DNA of 64,000 bases, taken from the NCBI GenBank assembly GCA_964016885.1, contig OZ024753.1, forward strand, positions 23,126,001-23,190,000, in the 5' to 3' direction. Below are positions 14,879 through 27,261 of the stretch, piece by piece. Numbering within the stretch: the stretch's first letter is position 1; every line of letters begins with the position of its first letter. A program made the position numbers and the translations under genes. Source of the stretch: Eledone cirrhosa. Lineage: Eukaryota. A model generated the notes under the pieces. That model searched no databases. It had not been told where the DNA came from and saw only the letters and a list, made by a program, of their open reading frames with translations.

Positions 14879-15514
14879 TTTAGAAGACTGTTGGTGACTG
14901 TGGTAGTGGTTATTTTTATGTAGGTTATGGTTTTTGTTTTTGCTTTTATTTTTAATTTTATTTTCATTTGTCCGACGGGTCCCCGGGAGATGGGTAAAGG
15001 GACAATCCCGGTCTAAACACAATCTGTCTCGCAGGGAAAAGCGACAGATTTGTGGATTCCTTGTTTGAGTTATTGGTGGTTGTGTTGGTGTTAAATTAGA
15101 GTATGTATTATGGTGGTGGCTGTTTGTGGGGATAAATCGTTTTGTCCTAGGTAAATGGGTGAATTTGCAGCCACTATCCGTACATATTCTATAGCGTAGA
15201 GAGTAGCGGCAAATGATGGGGTTTCGAGTGGGTGGGTATGTGGGTGTCTGTGTTGTGAGAGGTGTAGATGATGGTTTGGGTAGGATTTGACGACCTTTGT
15301 GAACTGTGGGAGGGAGAGTTCTTGTTCTGGTATTAGAAGGTAAATTCCTTGACATAGCAGTAGACAAAAATGTTGTAGTAGTAGTAGTAGTAGTAGGCAG
15401 AGATGTTGGCAGTGGTGATGATTGGACTGCTGGGCCAGAGAAAGGATGTGGCGTTTCATGCTGTGAGACAGAGGCTACTGGGGGGTCAATAGTTTCATTT
15501 AGTAGATCGGCCAT
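14750..15514 (-). CDS. LINE ORF1 with two CCCH zinc fingers
   Basis: [19 protein letters not shown] and [19 protein letters not shown] (C-x8-C-x4-C-x3-H) in a Pro/Thr-rich 254 aa ORF. Confidence 0.75.
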   Translation of the reverse strand: MADLLNETIDPPVASVSQHETPHPFSGPAVQSSPLPTSLPTTTTTTTTFLSTAMSRNLPSNTRTRTLPPTVHKGRQILPKPSSTPLTTQTPTYPPTRNPIICRYSLRYRICTDSGCKFTHLPRTKRFIPTNSHHHNTYSNLTPTQPPITQTRNPQICRFSLRDRLCLDRDCPFTHLPGTRRTNENKIKNKSKNKNHNLHKNNHYHSHQQSSKQETSSSFLAIMNLAKELEKNIRAITQHHPPLSPHCTNSHCCH

Positions 15515-15578
15515 TGTTATATATATATATTTATATATATATATATTAGTAGATCGGCCATTGTTATATATATATATT

Positions 15579-15613
<35 letters not shown>

Positions 15614-15630
15614 AAATATATATATATATT

Positions 15631-16098
<468 letters not shown>

Positions 16099-16419
16099 AT
16101 ATGTATATATATTTATATATATATATTTATATATATATATTTATATATATATATTTATATATACTAAGAATAATGAGTTCTAAACTCAAGCAGTCCTTTA
16201 CAATGAAATAGCTCAAAGAAAGAAGTATTTCTGAGCCGTGTAATACAAGTTAATATAAATAAATATATATGATAAAACACATATACCAACATATAAGTGT
16301 TTGTATTGTAAATGAGTAAGTTAGCTAGATTGAAAAATACTAATTATAATAATACAGTTTGCCTGTCTCGATTTAAAATAATAAATCAATAAAAACAAAC
16401 GATATTGGCAAATGGCCGT

Positions 16420-16547
16420 GGTACTTAGACAAATTTAAATTTCAAAATCAAACCTGTTCCGTAGATAAGTTTAAACTTCAAAATCCAAATAAGTTTCGAG
16501 ATGAAAAAGTGAAAGAATACCCCGTTCAGCTCTCCTCAGTAAGTACC
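16420..16547 (-). ncRNA. Type I hammerhead ribozyme with long stem III
   Basis: ggtactta-CTGAGGA-gag...ctc-GAAA-c(~60 nt hairpin)g-TC-taagtacc. Confidence 0.75.
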
Positions 16548-16956
16548 CTGAACAATTGGTATGCTTCACTTCAAAATATTTAAAATGACTGTTTAACGCA
16601 CATGGTTTTCCAGTTTCTAGCTGCCGCATACTCGTTCTGCTAGAAATAACAGCCGTTTATATGGGGCTAAAGTTAGCTCTACATAAGGAGCAGAGATACT
16701 AAGAATAATGATTTCTAAACTCAAGCAGTCGTTTACAATGAAATAGCTCAAAGAAAGAAGGATTTCTGAGCCGTGTAATACAAGTTAATATAAATTAATA
16801 TATATGATAAAACACATATACCAACATATAAGTGTTTGTTTTGTAAATGACTAAGTTAGCTAGATTGAAAAATACTAATTATAATAATACAGTTTGCCTG
16901 TCTCGATTTAAAATAATAAATCAATAAAAAAACAAACGATATTGGCAAATGGCCGT

Positions 16957-17084
16957 GGTACTTAGACAAATTTAAATTTCAAAATCAAACCTGTTCCGTA
17001 GATAAGTTTAAACTTCAAAATCCAAATAAGTTTCGAGATGAAAAAGTGAAAGAATACCCCGTTCAGCTCTCCTCAGTAAGTACC
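16957..17084 (-). ncRNA. Type I hammerhead ribozyme (tandem copy 2)
   Basis: Same motif 537 nt from copy 1. Confidence 0.75.
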
Positions 17085-17622
17085 CTGAACAATTGGTATG
17101 CTTCACTACAAAATATTTTAAAAGACTATTTAACGCACATGGTTTTCCAATTTCTAGCTGCCACATACTCGTTCTGCTAGAAATAACAGCCGTTTATATG
17201 GGGCTACAGTTAGCTCTACATAAGGAGCAGTGATACAAAGAATAATGATTTCTAAATATTTTAAATCGAGACAGGCAAACTGTATTAATCTAATTAGTAT
17301 TTTTCAATCTAGCTAACTTGGTTATTTACAATACAAACACTTATTTGATTGTATTAGTGTTTATCATATATATTAATTTATATTAACTTGTATTTCACGG
17401 CTCAGAAATACTTCTTTCTTTGAGCTATTTAATTGTAAAAGACTGTTTGAGTTTATAACTCTATATATATAGTATAACGGCTCCTTTTGTTGAGCTAAGT
17501 TTAGTCCCATATATCTGGCTGTTATTTCTAGCAGCACGAGTATGGGGTAGCTAGATGCTGAAAAACCATGTGCGTCGATCAGTCCTCTTAAATATTCTGA
17601 GGTGAAACATACCAATTTTCTG

Positions 17623-17751
17623 GGTACTTGCTGATGAGAACAGAAGATGGAATTTTTCACTTTTTCAATTATCGAAACTTATTTGGGTTTGGAAGTTTAA
17701 ACTTATCTACGGAACAGGTTTGATTTTGAAATTTAAATTTGGCCAAGTACC
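17623..17751 (+). ncRNA. Hammerhead ribozyme, inverted copy, triplet changed GUC to GGC (probably inactive)
   Basis: ggtacttg-CTGATGA-ga...tc-GAAA-c...g-GC-caagtacc. Confidence 0.6.
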
Positions 17752-17930
17752 ACGACTATTGCCAATATGTGTTTGTTTTTATTGATTTATAATTTTAAAT
17801 CCAGACAGGCAAACTGTATTAATCTAATTATTATTTTTCAATCTAGCTAACTTGGTCATTTACAATACAAACACTTATATGATTGTATTAGTGTTTATCA
17901 TATATATTAATTTATATTTATATATATATT

Positions 17931-17967
<37 letters not shown>

Positions 17968-17970
17968 ATT

Positions 17971-18003
<33 letters not shown>

Positions 18004-18078
18004 ATTTATATATATATATTTATATTTATATATATATATATTTATATATATTTATATTTATATATATATATTTATATT

Positions 18079-18109
<31 letters not shown>

Positions 18110-18154
18110 ATATATTTATATTGGAATAAATGCTCTGAAATAGCGATATATATG

Positions 18155-18486
18155 TGAATATAGACATAGAATATTCGAAAATATTCTGTATGTTTATAAT
18201 AAACATTTTGAAGACCTAATCGCTATAGAATAGAATACGTCACGTATTACAATTAGATTCTCGATAAAAGCAGGGGAAGTAATCTACGCGTTTCATTCTC
18301 GATAAAAGCACTGGATATGTAGTCCTGATGATTTCTAACGAGAATGAAACGCGTAGATTACTTCCCCTGCTTTTATCGAGAATCTAATTGTAATACGTGA
18401 CGTATTCTATTCTATAGCGATTAGGTCTTCAAAATGTTTATTATAAACATACAGAATATTTTCGAATATTCTATGTCTATATTCAT
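18155..18486 (+). mobile_element. Short HHR-bearing fragment with ~147 bp inverted repeat
   Basis: 18155-18301 is the reverse complement of 18339-18486. Confidence 0.7.
18319..18361 (+). ncRNA. Minimal type I hammerhead ribozyme
   Basis: gtagtc-CTGATGA-tttct aacg agaat-GAAA-cgcg-TA-gattac. Confidence 0.85.
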
Positions 18487-18529
18487 ATATTTATATATAT
18501 ATATATATATTTATATAAATATAAATATA

Positions 18530-18575
<46 letters not shown>

Positions 18576-18594
18576 AATATATATATATATTTAT

Positions 18595-18646
<52 letters not shown>

Positions 18647-18690
18647 TTATAATATATATGATCAAAAGATGGTTAAAGGAGTTCCATGTA

Positions 18691-18757
18691 TTTTATTATG
18701 CGCATTTCAAAAACAAACATCATCATGCAATAATATTTGTGTTTTCATCAGAGAAAA
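18691..18757 (-). ncRNA. Type I hammerhead ribozyme (inverted copy)
   Basis: Reverse-complement homologue of 19404-19470. Confidence 0.7.
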
Positions 18758-19403
18758 CAGGAGGACATGATATGAAGGCGAAAAAACACTTGTGGATAGT
18801 GCAGTTTTAAATCAACGTATTCTAACGTCTTTTGACGTTAGAATATTCACCCACAATTATTATTTTTTTCTCTCTATCTTCATACATAATTTCCCTTCGT
18901 TAATTTTCAAATTCCTTTAATTTATACATTATCTTCCAACGGTTCCCAACCTCTCTATATTAAAACATTATATCTTTTTCTCAGTTATAAAAACTATCTC
19001 TTTCTCTCTATCACCCATCTCTCTCTTTCCACCTTCACTCTCATCTCCTCCCCTTTTTTTCATCCTTTCCAACCCCCCCTCCCTAAATAAAATATTTTTT
19101 CCTCGCACATATCCTCCCTTCGTTAATTTTCAAAATTTTTAATTTATACAGTATCTTCCAACGGTTTTCAACCCCTCTATATAAAATATATCTCCTCTCA
19201 GTTATAAAAACTATCTCTTTCTCTCTATCACCCATCTCTCCCTCTCATCTCCTTCCCTTTTCATCCTTTTCTCCCCCCCCCCCCCTCTCTAAATAAAATA
19301 TTTTTCCCAATATCACACATCAATCTAAAACCATTTTTCATATGTTGATTTAAAACTGCACTATCAACAAGTGTTTTTTTAGCCTTCATATCATGTTCTC
19401 CTG

Positions 19404-19470
19404 TTTTATCTGATGAAAACACAAATGTTATTGTTTGATGATGTTTGTTTTTGAAATGCGCATAATAAAA
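19404..19470 (+). ncRNA. Type I hammerhead ribozyme
   Basis: ttttat-CTGATGA-aaac...gttttt-GAAA-tgcgca-TA-ataaaa. Confidence 0.8.
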
Positions 19471-19536
19471 TATATGGAACTCCTTTAACCATCTTTTGAT
19501 CTTATATATTTATATATATATATATATATATTTATT

Positions 19537-19642
<106 letters not shown>

Positions 19643-19653
19643 ATATATTTATT

Positions 19654-19684
<31 letters not shown>

Positions 19685-19700
19685 ATATATTTATATATAT

Positions 19701-19857
19701 AACGAAGGAAATGTGGTAAGGAACCAGGTGGACCATAACGCACCAAAGTACTCAATACTTGAGGTAGTAGAGTGGGTAATAGGAACCAGTAAGACCCCGA
19801 CAGCTGAGCTCAAGCCGTCGAAACGGCTTGAGCTCAGCTGTCGGGGTCTTACTGGTT

Positions 19858-19862
<5 letters not shown>
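19701..19862. mobile_element. Short interspersed element ending in a perfect 40 bp fold-back
   Basis: Arms 19779-19818 and 19823-19862, loop CGAA; homologue at 27067-27261. Confidence 0.6.
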
Positions 19863-19906
<44 letters not shown>

Positions 19907-19985
19907 ATATATATATTCATATATATATATATATCTATATATTTATATATATATATATTTATATATATATATATATATATTTATT

Positions 19986-20047
<62 letters not shown>

Positions 20048-20164
20048 TTATATATATATTTATATATATATTTATATATATATTTATATATATATTTATA
20101 TATATATTTATATATATATTTATATATATATTTATATATATATTTATATATATATTTATATATA

Positions 20165-20242
<78 letters not shown>

Positions 20243-20328
20243 ACGTTATTCCGGGTTGAATCGGAGGTAACCACAGTAAGTAAGGTACTCGATACATTGG
20301 AGAGTATAAAAGTTTTAATATAGATGAG

Positions 20329-20371
20329 ATTCTACAGGACTAGAACTGTTTCATTCTTTAGAAATCATCAG

Positions 20372-20375
<4 letters not shown>
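20329..20375 (-). ncRNA. Type I hammerhead ribozyme in a 135 bp island within (TA)n
   Basis: attc-CTGATGA-tttct aa agaat-GAAA-cag ttctagtc ctg-TA-gaat. Confidence 0.8.
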
Positions 20376-20429
<54 letters not shown>

Positions 20430-20436
20430 ATATATT

Positions 20437-20693
<257 letters not shown>

Positions 20694-20696
20694 ATT

Positions 20697-20751
<55 letters not shown>

Positions 20752-20755
20752 ATAT

Positions 20756-20849
<94 letters not shown>

Positions 20850-20850
20850 C

Positions 20851-20928
<78 letters not shown>

Positions 20929-20933
<5 letters not shown>

Positions 20934-23900
20934 TATTGAAGTTTGCTTGAAGCATTATGGAACAATAAGTAAATATCTTTAAGTCGGTTGGAAGCCTCGA
21001 CAATGCAAATGGGTAAATCTCCGGGTAACAAGGTCCGGTGGTGGAGAGAGAGATGTAAGTGGGTGTATGTTGAGATGTGTGGTTGTAAGTGGGTGTATGT
21101 TGAGATGTGTGGTGTGTATAAGATGTGTGAGATGTGTAGAATGAAGGGAAGAGTATAAAGGATAAAATAAAATAACAACACAAGAGAGAGTTACCTTGGG
21201 AGAGATTTAATAGTCCCTATATATTTCGGATTCACATCCATCAACTGGGTTTTTTTTCCGGGGTGGGGGAAAAGGTAGTCTGTCGGACAAGTCCGGAACG
21301 CGTCCTTCGCTGTTTGTTGTTTTGAATATCTGAGGTATTCGGCAGAGCGCGCGTGCGCGTAAAATGGGGTCGGTCGTACAGAGGTCAGCGGCCGAATGAG
21401 GGAGTGGGATGGCGCTAGCTGTCAGTCCATTCTCTACCTGTTTGTTAAATGTTACCGTGTGTGTGTGTGCGTGTGTTGTTGTCTCGCTTGAGTGTGCGTG
21501 TGTGTGTGAGTGTGTTGTTGCCTTGTTCCTCTCTATTGGCAGTGTAGTATGTTCGTATGGTGGAATGCTACTGTGTGTGTGTGCGTGTGTGTGTGAAGTT
21601 GTTTCGTTTGCGTGTGTGTGTGTGTGCGTGTGTTGTGTGTTGTCGCATCGCTTGTTAACTTAAACCAGCCATCTCATTTCGCTTCTCTCTGATCGGTTGT
21701 TTATTTGCGGTTGCAGTCGTTTGATAAAAAGCGCTTCCTTGATACGTAACGTGCCGACGTTTCTTTCAGTCGCTAGAATTGTGACAATGGGCCTTCCGTC
21801 TTTGTTTCCGCATTTGTCTATGTGTTTCCGGAAAGACGAGGCCCTGGTTTTAGCGTGTTCCTTGATCCGGATGTGCAAAGGTCGAATTGTGCTACCTATG
21901 TAGTATTGGTTGCACCTGTCACATTCTATCTCATACACGACGTATGTGCTTAGGCAACAGTTCGCATGGCGTATCGGGCAGTCTCTGAGGGAGCATGCGT
22001 CAGTAGATTTTTCGGGTTTCCTGGAGAGGCATCTTCACAGGGAGGGGCCCGCGTGGGCCAGGTGGATGTCGAGGCCCACCCTCCGTATAGCCTTGCGGAT
22101 AGCGTTGGTGGTTTTCTCGCCCAAGTGTGGCATTTTAAGGAAGCACTTGCCTTGGGTGCTTCTCTGTCTCTTGCGTCTGGTGTCTCCTATTCTGTCTGTG
22201 ATCGAGGTAGGGTACCCGTTCGTCTCCAGCACCTCGAGGATTCGCTTGGTATGAGTGACACCACTCGCGGGATCGCTGCATCTGTTTTTTGATTCGCGCG
22301 ATCTCGTTCGTGATGTATCCTCTTTTGGCACTGTTAGGGAGGGCGGACTTGTAGTGAACGAATAGGTCCCTGCAGGCTGCCTTTCGGTAGAAGTTGCAGT
22401 GGATCCTTCCCTGTTCCGTGATGTTGATTCGGAAGTCGAGGAGGGCAAGTGACCCGTCTTCGTTGGGGTGTTCAACACTGAAGTCAATGTTCTCGTCCGT
22501 GTTGTTGAACGTCTCATAGATTCTGTTCGCCGTGTCTTGGGAAGATGTGAGGATGAGGATATCGTCCACGTATCTTGAGAAAAAGGCTACGGCGTTGGGG
22601 TGGCAGGCGTTGAGTGCCTTGCGTTCGAGGTTGTCCATGTAAGAGATCGCTAGCACACCTGATAGGCTTGATCCCATGGGCAATCCCGAGGTTTGTTGGT
22701 ATATTTGGTCAAGGAATCCGAAGTAGGTGTTGTCAACGACGATGGATAGGAGTTGATGGATGTCAGTGGTGGTGAGCCCGAAGCAGTGTAGGTCGGTGGA
22801 TTGGACGCGTTCCATTAGTATATTGACGGCCGGGAGTGCCGGGACCGAGGTGTAGAGAGCGACTACATCAAGGCTGAAGGCATATCTGATATTCCTTCTG
22901 GTGTCGGGATCCATTTGATGCAGGCGCTTCAACACCTCCTCGGAGCTGTTAACGTGTCCCGGCAAGGTGTCTAAGATGAGTCTGAGTATTCTGGCTAGGA
23001 GCCATGAAATTTTGTAGAGTGGTCCCTCCACGCTCGATACAATGGGCCTGATTTTCAGGTCGGGTCCCTGTTTGTGTGTTTTCACGAGCTGGTAGAAGGC
23101 GGGTAGTCTGCTGTTCCTCGTGAGGAGGTTGTATCTCAGCTTCTTCGGGAGCTTCCGCCGGTCGCAGATGTTGGTCCAGGCGGAGTTGATGTGTTCTTCT
23201 ATCTGCGCGGGAGTGATTCCCGTGACCTTGGAGTAGAGGTTGTCATCGTCAAGGTGTTGGAGGGCCAGGGTGTTGTAGGCCTCTCTGCTGATGACGCAGA
23301 ATTCTTTTCCCTTGTCGGAGGGGAGATAGATGAGGTTCTTCGATTTTAGGTTGGAGAGAGTGGTGAGTTGAGATTTGGTGAGGTTATGTGTTGTGCGTGT
23401 GTGTGTGTGTTTGTGAAGTATATCCGAGATGGAGTGTTTTAGCCTGATGAGTTTAGTGTCGAGTTCGTGGTTGGTGGGTGGGGGGTGGAGTGGGTTGTCG
23501 GGGTGGTAAGTGGGGAACTTGGGGTGGGTTGCGTCGGCGCTGTTATTTTCTGTGGCGCTGTTGATGGCGGTCACCCATTTAAGTTGGTAAGCGGCTCGAC
23601 AAAAGTTGGCCTCGATGTTGAGTTTGAGTCTGTCGTCGAGACGTTGTGTGACGATGAACTTAGGTCCGAGGTGTAGGAGTTTCAGCTTGTCGCTCGTGAG
23701 AGTGCCGGTTAGGTCGGTGACCAGGTGCGTCGCATTGTTGAGATATGGCTCGGTGTTGGTGGTTGCGGCGGTGGCGGTTGTTAAGTTGTTGTTTTCCACG
23801 TGGTTCTGGTCCGTCTGTTCGTTAGTGTCGATGTTCTCGTTGTGGCGTTTCGTCAAGATCCACTCATATTTTCGCTTGAGCCGTTTTTTCTCGTATTGGA

Positions 23901-24811
23901 CTCTGGAGTGGTAGCACTGGTCGATTGCTTTAGTGATTTTCAGGAGCAAGTCTCCGGGTGCTATTGGCAGTCGATGTGTCCGCTCTAAGAGTGTCTGCTT
24001 ATGGACGTGTAATTGGCGGTTGAGATGTCTCAGGATCTGTTTAATACACGTGCGATGTATGCGGTTAGTGGTGTTTTGGAAGGCTGGTGTACGTAGGCTT
24101 ACTGGTAAGCGGATGTTCTTGATGGTGTTGGGGATGACATCGTTTTTTAGGCAGCGTTTCAGGAAAATAATTTGGCAGCCACCGTTGGCCCATTTCTCCG
24201 ACAGTCTAAACAGTTCCCTTACGGATGCAAACAATTCCTGGCTCAGGTGTAAGGATAAGAGAGTATTGAAGTTTGCTTGAAGCATTGTTGAACAATAAGT
24301 AAATATCTTTAAGTCGTTTGGAAGCCTCGACAATGCAAATGGGTAAATCTCCGGGTAACAAGGTCCGGTGGTGGAGAGAGAGATGTAAGTGGGTGTATGT
24401 TGAGATGTGTGGTGTGTATAAGATGTGTGAGATGTGTAGAATGAAGGGAAGAGTATAAAGGATAAAATAAAAATAAGAACACAAGAGAGAGAGTTACCTT
24501 GGGAGAGATTTAATAGTCCCTATATATTTCGGATTCACATCCATCAACTGGGGTTTTTTCCGGGGTGGGGGAAAAGGTTGTCTGTCGGACAAGTCCGGAA
24601 CGCGTCCTTCGCTGTTTGTTGTTTTGAATATCTGAGGTATTCGGCAGAGCGCGCGTGCGCGTGAAATGGGGTCGGTCGTACAGCGGTCAGCGGCCGAATG
24701 AGGGAGTGGGATGGCGCTAGCTGTCAGTCCATTCTCTGCCTGTTTGCTAAATGTTACTGTGTGTGTGTGTGCGTGTGTTGTTGTCTCGCTTGAGTGTGCG
24801 TGTGTGTGTGT
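20929..24811 (-). mobile_element. Essentially full-length Penelope/Poseidon-type PLE with direct pseudo-LTRs
   Basis: pLTRs ~20929-21510 and ~24258-24811, each containing the ORF start; (TA)n on both sides. Confidence 0.9.
21660..24285 (-). pseudogene. PLE polyprotein (RT + GIY-YIG) with one frameshift (A6 run at 22285-22290) and one nonsense codon (22035)
   Basis: PSDKG, LVKTHK, IRPIVS, SLDVVALYT, GLPMGSSLS, RYVDD, FLDF-like LLDF, YRK; VVYEIECDRCNQYYIGST.R.L..RIKEH. Confidence 0.9.
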
Positions 24812-25068
24812 GATATATATATATTTATATATATATATATATATTTATATATACATATATATATATATTTATATATATACATATATATATTTATATATAT
24901 ATATGTAGGAGGTGAGTTTTATTGTAGTACAATAAAGCAATGCAGATATCGGATAAGTAGCACTCTACAGTTTGTGGGACTGGAGTATAAATAAATAAGA
25001 TCAATATATGTTGATTTAAAACTGCACTATTCACAAGTGTTTTTTAACCTTCATATCATGTCTCCCTA

Positions 25069-25135
25069 TTTTATCTGACGAAAACGCAAATGTCATCTCA
25101 TGATGATATTTGTTTTTGAAATGCGCATAATAAAA
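25069..25135 (+). ncRNA. Type I hammerhead ribozyme, third copy of the 19.4 kb family (fragment ~25005-25170)
   Basis: ttttat-CTGACGA-aaac...gttttt-GAAA-tgcgca-TA-ataaaa. Confidence 0.8.
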
Positions 25136-25190
25136 TACATGGAACTCTTTTGACCATCTTTTGATCTTATATATATATATATATATATAT

Positions 25191-26114
25191 CCAAATTATT
25201 TTGTTGAGCAAAAATTTGCAAAAACTGCTATTATAGTTCATAGTAATGGCTCGGCTACAGTCTTTTTAACGCCCCACTCCTCACTGATTAACCTCGATGT
25301 CACGTGATTGATTCTTTTGAATTTGCCACCGACCAAGAAGGCAGTGATTTTTTCAATGTCTTGGAATTTAGTCCACGCTTGCTTTTGTCCATCCACTGAA
25401 TTATTTTTGTATAAGTTCCCTGTGTCCACGCATCGCCTGGTAACTTAGCTGAGAACAGACTTCCTAATGACGAAACAGCTTCTCCATGCTTTCTATTTGG
25501 AAACCATGTTTATTCCCTTTCAGAAAGTAATTAGTTGGAGTGAAATTTTATTAAGTAAGTTAATATTTATAATTTTCTTATTTTACGTATTTCATATAAT
25601 TGTTCTGCATCCCCTTGCATTGAAGCACAAAGTTACTAAGACAAAACCTATATATTTGCTATCATAGGTATGCATCTGTATATATATTTTGGTAGATATA
25701 CTAATTATTTATAATTACCTCCAAATTATTTTGTTGAGCAAAAATTTGCCAAATTTACTACTATAGTTCATAGAAATGGCTCGACTACTGTCTTTTTAAC
25801 ACTCCAATCCTCACTGATTAACCTCGATGTCACGTGATTGATTCTTTTGAATTTGCCAGCGACCAAGTAGGCAGTGATTTTTTCAATGTCTTGGAATTTA
25901 GTCCACGCTTGCTTTTTTCCATCCACTGAATTATTTTTGTATAAGTTCCCTGTGTCCAGCATCGCCTGGTAACTTAGCTGAGAACAGACTTCCTGATGAC
26001 GAAACGGCTTCTCCGTGCTTTCCATTTGGAAACCATGTTTCTTCCCTTTCAGAAACTAATTAGTTGGAGTGAAATTTTAGTACGTTAATTTTTATAATTT
26101 TCTTATTTTACGTC

Positions 26115-26118
<4 letters not shown>
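25191..26118. repeat. 1.75 tandem copies of a 530 bp unit inside (TA)n
   Basis: ccaaattattttgttgagcaaaaa at 25191 and 25721. Confidence 0.85.
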
Positions 26119-26180
<62 letters not shown>

Positions 26181-26406
26181 GTAAGTATGTATGTATGTAT
26201 GCATACGTACATACATATATGTATACACACGTGCAGTAGTATGTATATATATACATACATGCACACATATATATATGCACGTATCGGTTTACCGAGCATT
26301 TATTATAATGCTCGGTTTGTTTGTTTGTAAACAAACAAACAGCCCGAATTACGCCGTACAGTGTATAGGCAACCACGTCACCTTTTTGTTCAACACTGAC
26401 ACAGGA

Positions 26407-26449
26407 ACGATGTACTAGTTTCAAGCTTATTAGCTATCGTCAGCATCGT
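26407..26449 (-). ncRNA. Minimal type I hammerhead ribozyme
   Basis: Reverse complement of 26711-26753. Confidence 0.85.
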
Positions 26450-26710
26450 ATACCTTCCTGCCAGATGGTTGAACGTCTGAAAGTATATACTTTCCTTATG
26501 CATATTAACGGCTGAGCAGCCTAATTTGCATATCGAGTGAGTTCAGTCGGCTGGGCGCATCGAAAAGGATAAATGGAATAGAATGAAACGAAATTTAATT
26601 TCTCACTCTTAGTACACAGGAACGATGTACTAGTTTCAAGCTTATTAGCCGTTAATATGCATAAGGAAAGTATATACTTTCAGACGTTCAACCATCTGGC
26701 AGGAAGGTAT

Positions 26711-26753
26711 ACGATGCTGACGATAGCTAATAAGCTTGAAACTAGTACATCGT
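26711..26753 (+). ncRNA. Minimal type I hammerhead ribozyme
   Basis: acgatg-CTGACGA-tagct aata agctt-GAAA-ctag-TA-catcgt. Confidence 0.88.
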
Positions 26754-27035
26754 TCCTGTGTCAGTGTTGAACAAAAAGGTGACGTGGTTGCCTAAACACT
26801 GTATGGCGTAATTCGGGCTGTTTGTTTGTTTACAAACAAACACACCGAGCATTATAATAAATGTTCGGTAAACCGATACGTGCATATATATATGTGTGCA
26901 TGTATGTATATATACACATACTACTATACATCTGTATACATATATGTATGTACGTATACATACATACATACTTACACCACATTTAAGTAAGTGCCGTACT
27001 AAGAGTGAGAAATGAATTTCGTTTCATTCTATTCC

Positions 27036-27066
<31 letters not shown>

Positions 27067-27261
27067 GCAAAGGAATTGTGATAAGGAACCGGATGGACCA
27101 TAACGCACCAGAGTACTCAATGCTTAGGGTAGTAGAGTGGGAAATAGGAAAAAGTATGACCCCGACGGCAGAGCTCAAGCCGTGTCGAGGGCTATTTCTG
27201 AGTCCAGAAATAGCCGTCGAAACGGCTTGAGCTCTGTCGTCGTGGTCATACTTTTTCCTAT
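27067..27261. mobile_element. Second copy of the fold-back element, 118 bp imperfect palindrome
   Basis: Homologous to 19701-19862; palindrome 27144-27261 centred on ctg-agtc-cag. Confidence 0.6.

Larger units (their letters stand above)
11660..15518 (-). mobile_element. Near-intact CR1-group LINE inserted in (TA)n
   Basis: ORF1 + APE endonuclease + RT; ~85 nt 3' UTR ending in tandem ttcaaagtta; (TA)n on both sides. Confidence 0.9.
16160..17910 (-). mobile_element. ORF-less HHR element: 2.05 tandem copies of a ~537 nt monomer plus an inverted diverged copy
   Basis: Units start ~16161, ~16697, ~17232; 17258-17910 is the inverted, permuted monomer. Confidence 0.8.
18660..19502 (+). mobile_element. 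ORF-less HHR element with inverted 5' copy and internal ~220 bp tandem duplication
   Basis: 18660-18816 is a diverged reverse complement of 19344-19501; 18891-19110 repeats at 19115-19310. Confidence 0.7.
26177..27040. mobile_element. ORF-less HHR element (~450 nt monomer) present as inverted, circularly permuted copies
   Basis: 26647-26975 is the reverse complement of ~26180-26513; 26996-27040 of ~26569-26614; partial third HHR at 26614-26650. Confidence 0.75.

Noticed and set aside
24300-24500. Intron in the Penelope pLTR (aag/GTAAC donor after the HHR-like motif)
   Set aside because: Plausible for PLEs but no convincing acceptor could be assigned without transcript data
25768-26025. 85 aa ORF in the 530 bp tandem unit
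   Set aside because: No recognisable motif, and the other copy is disrupted upstream
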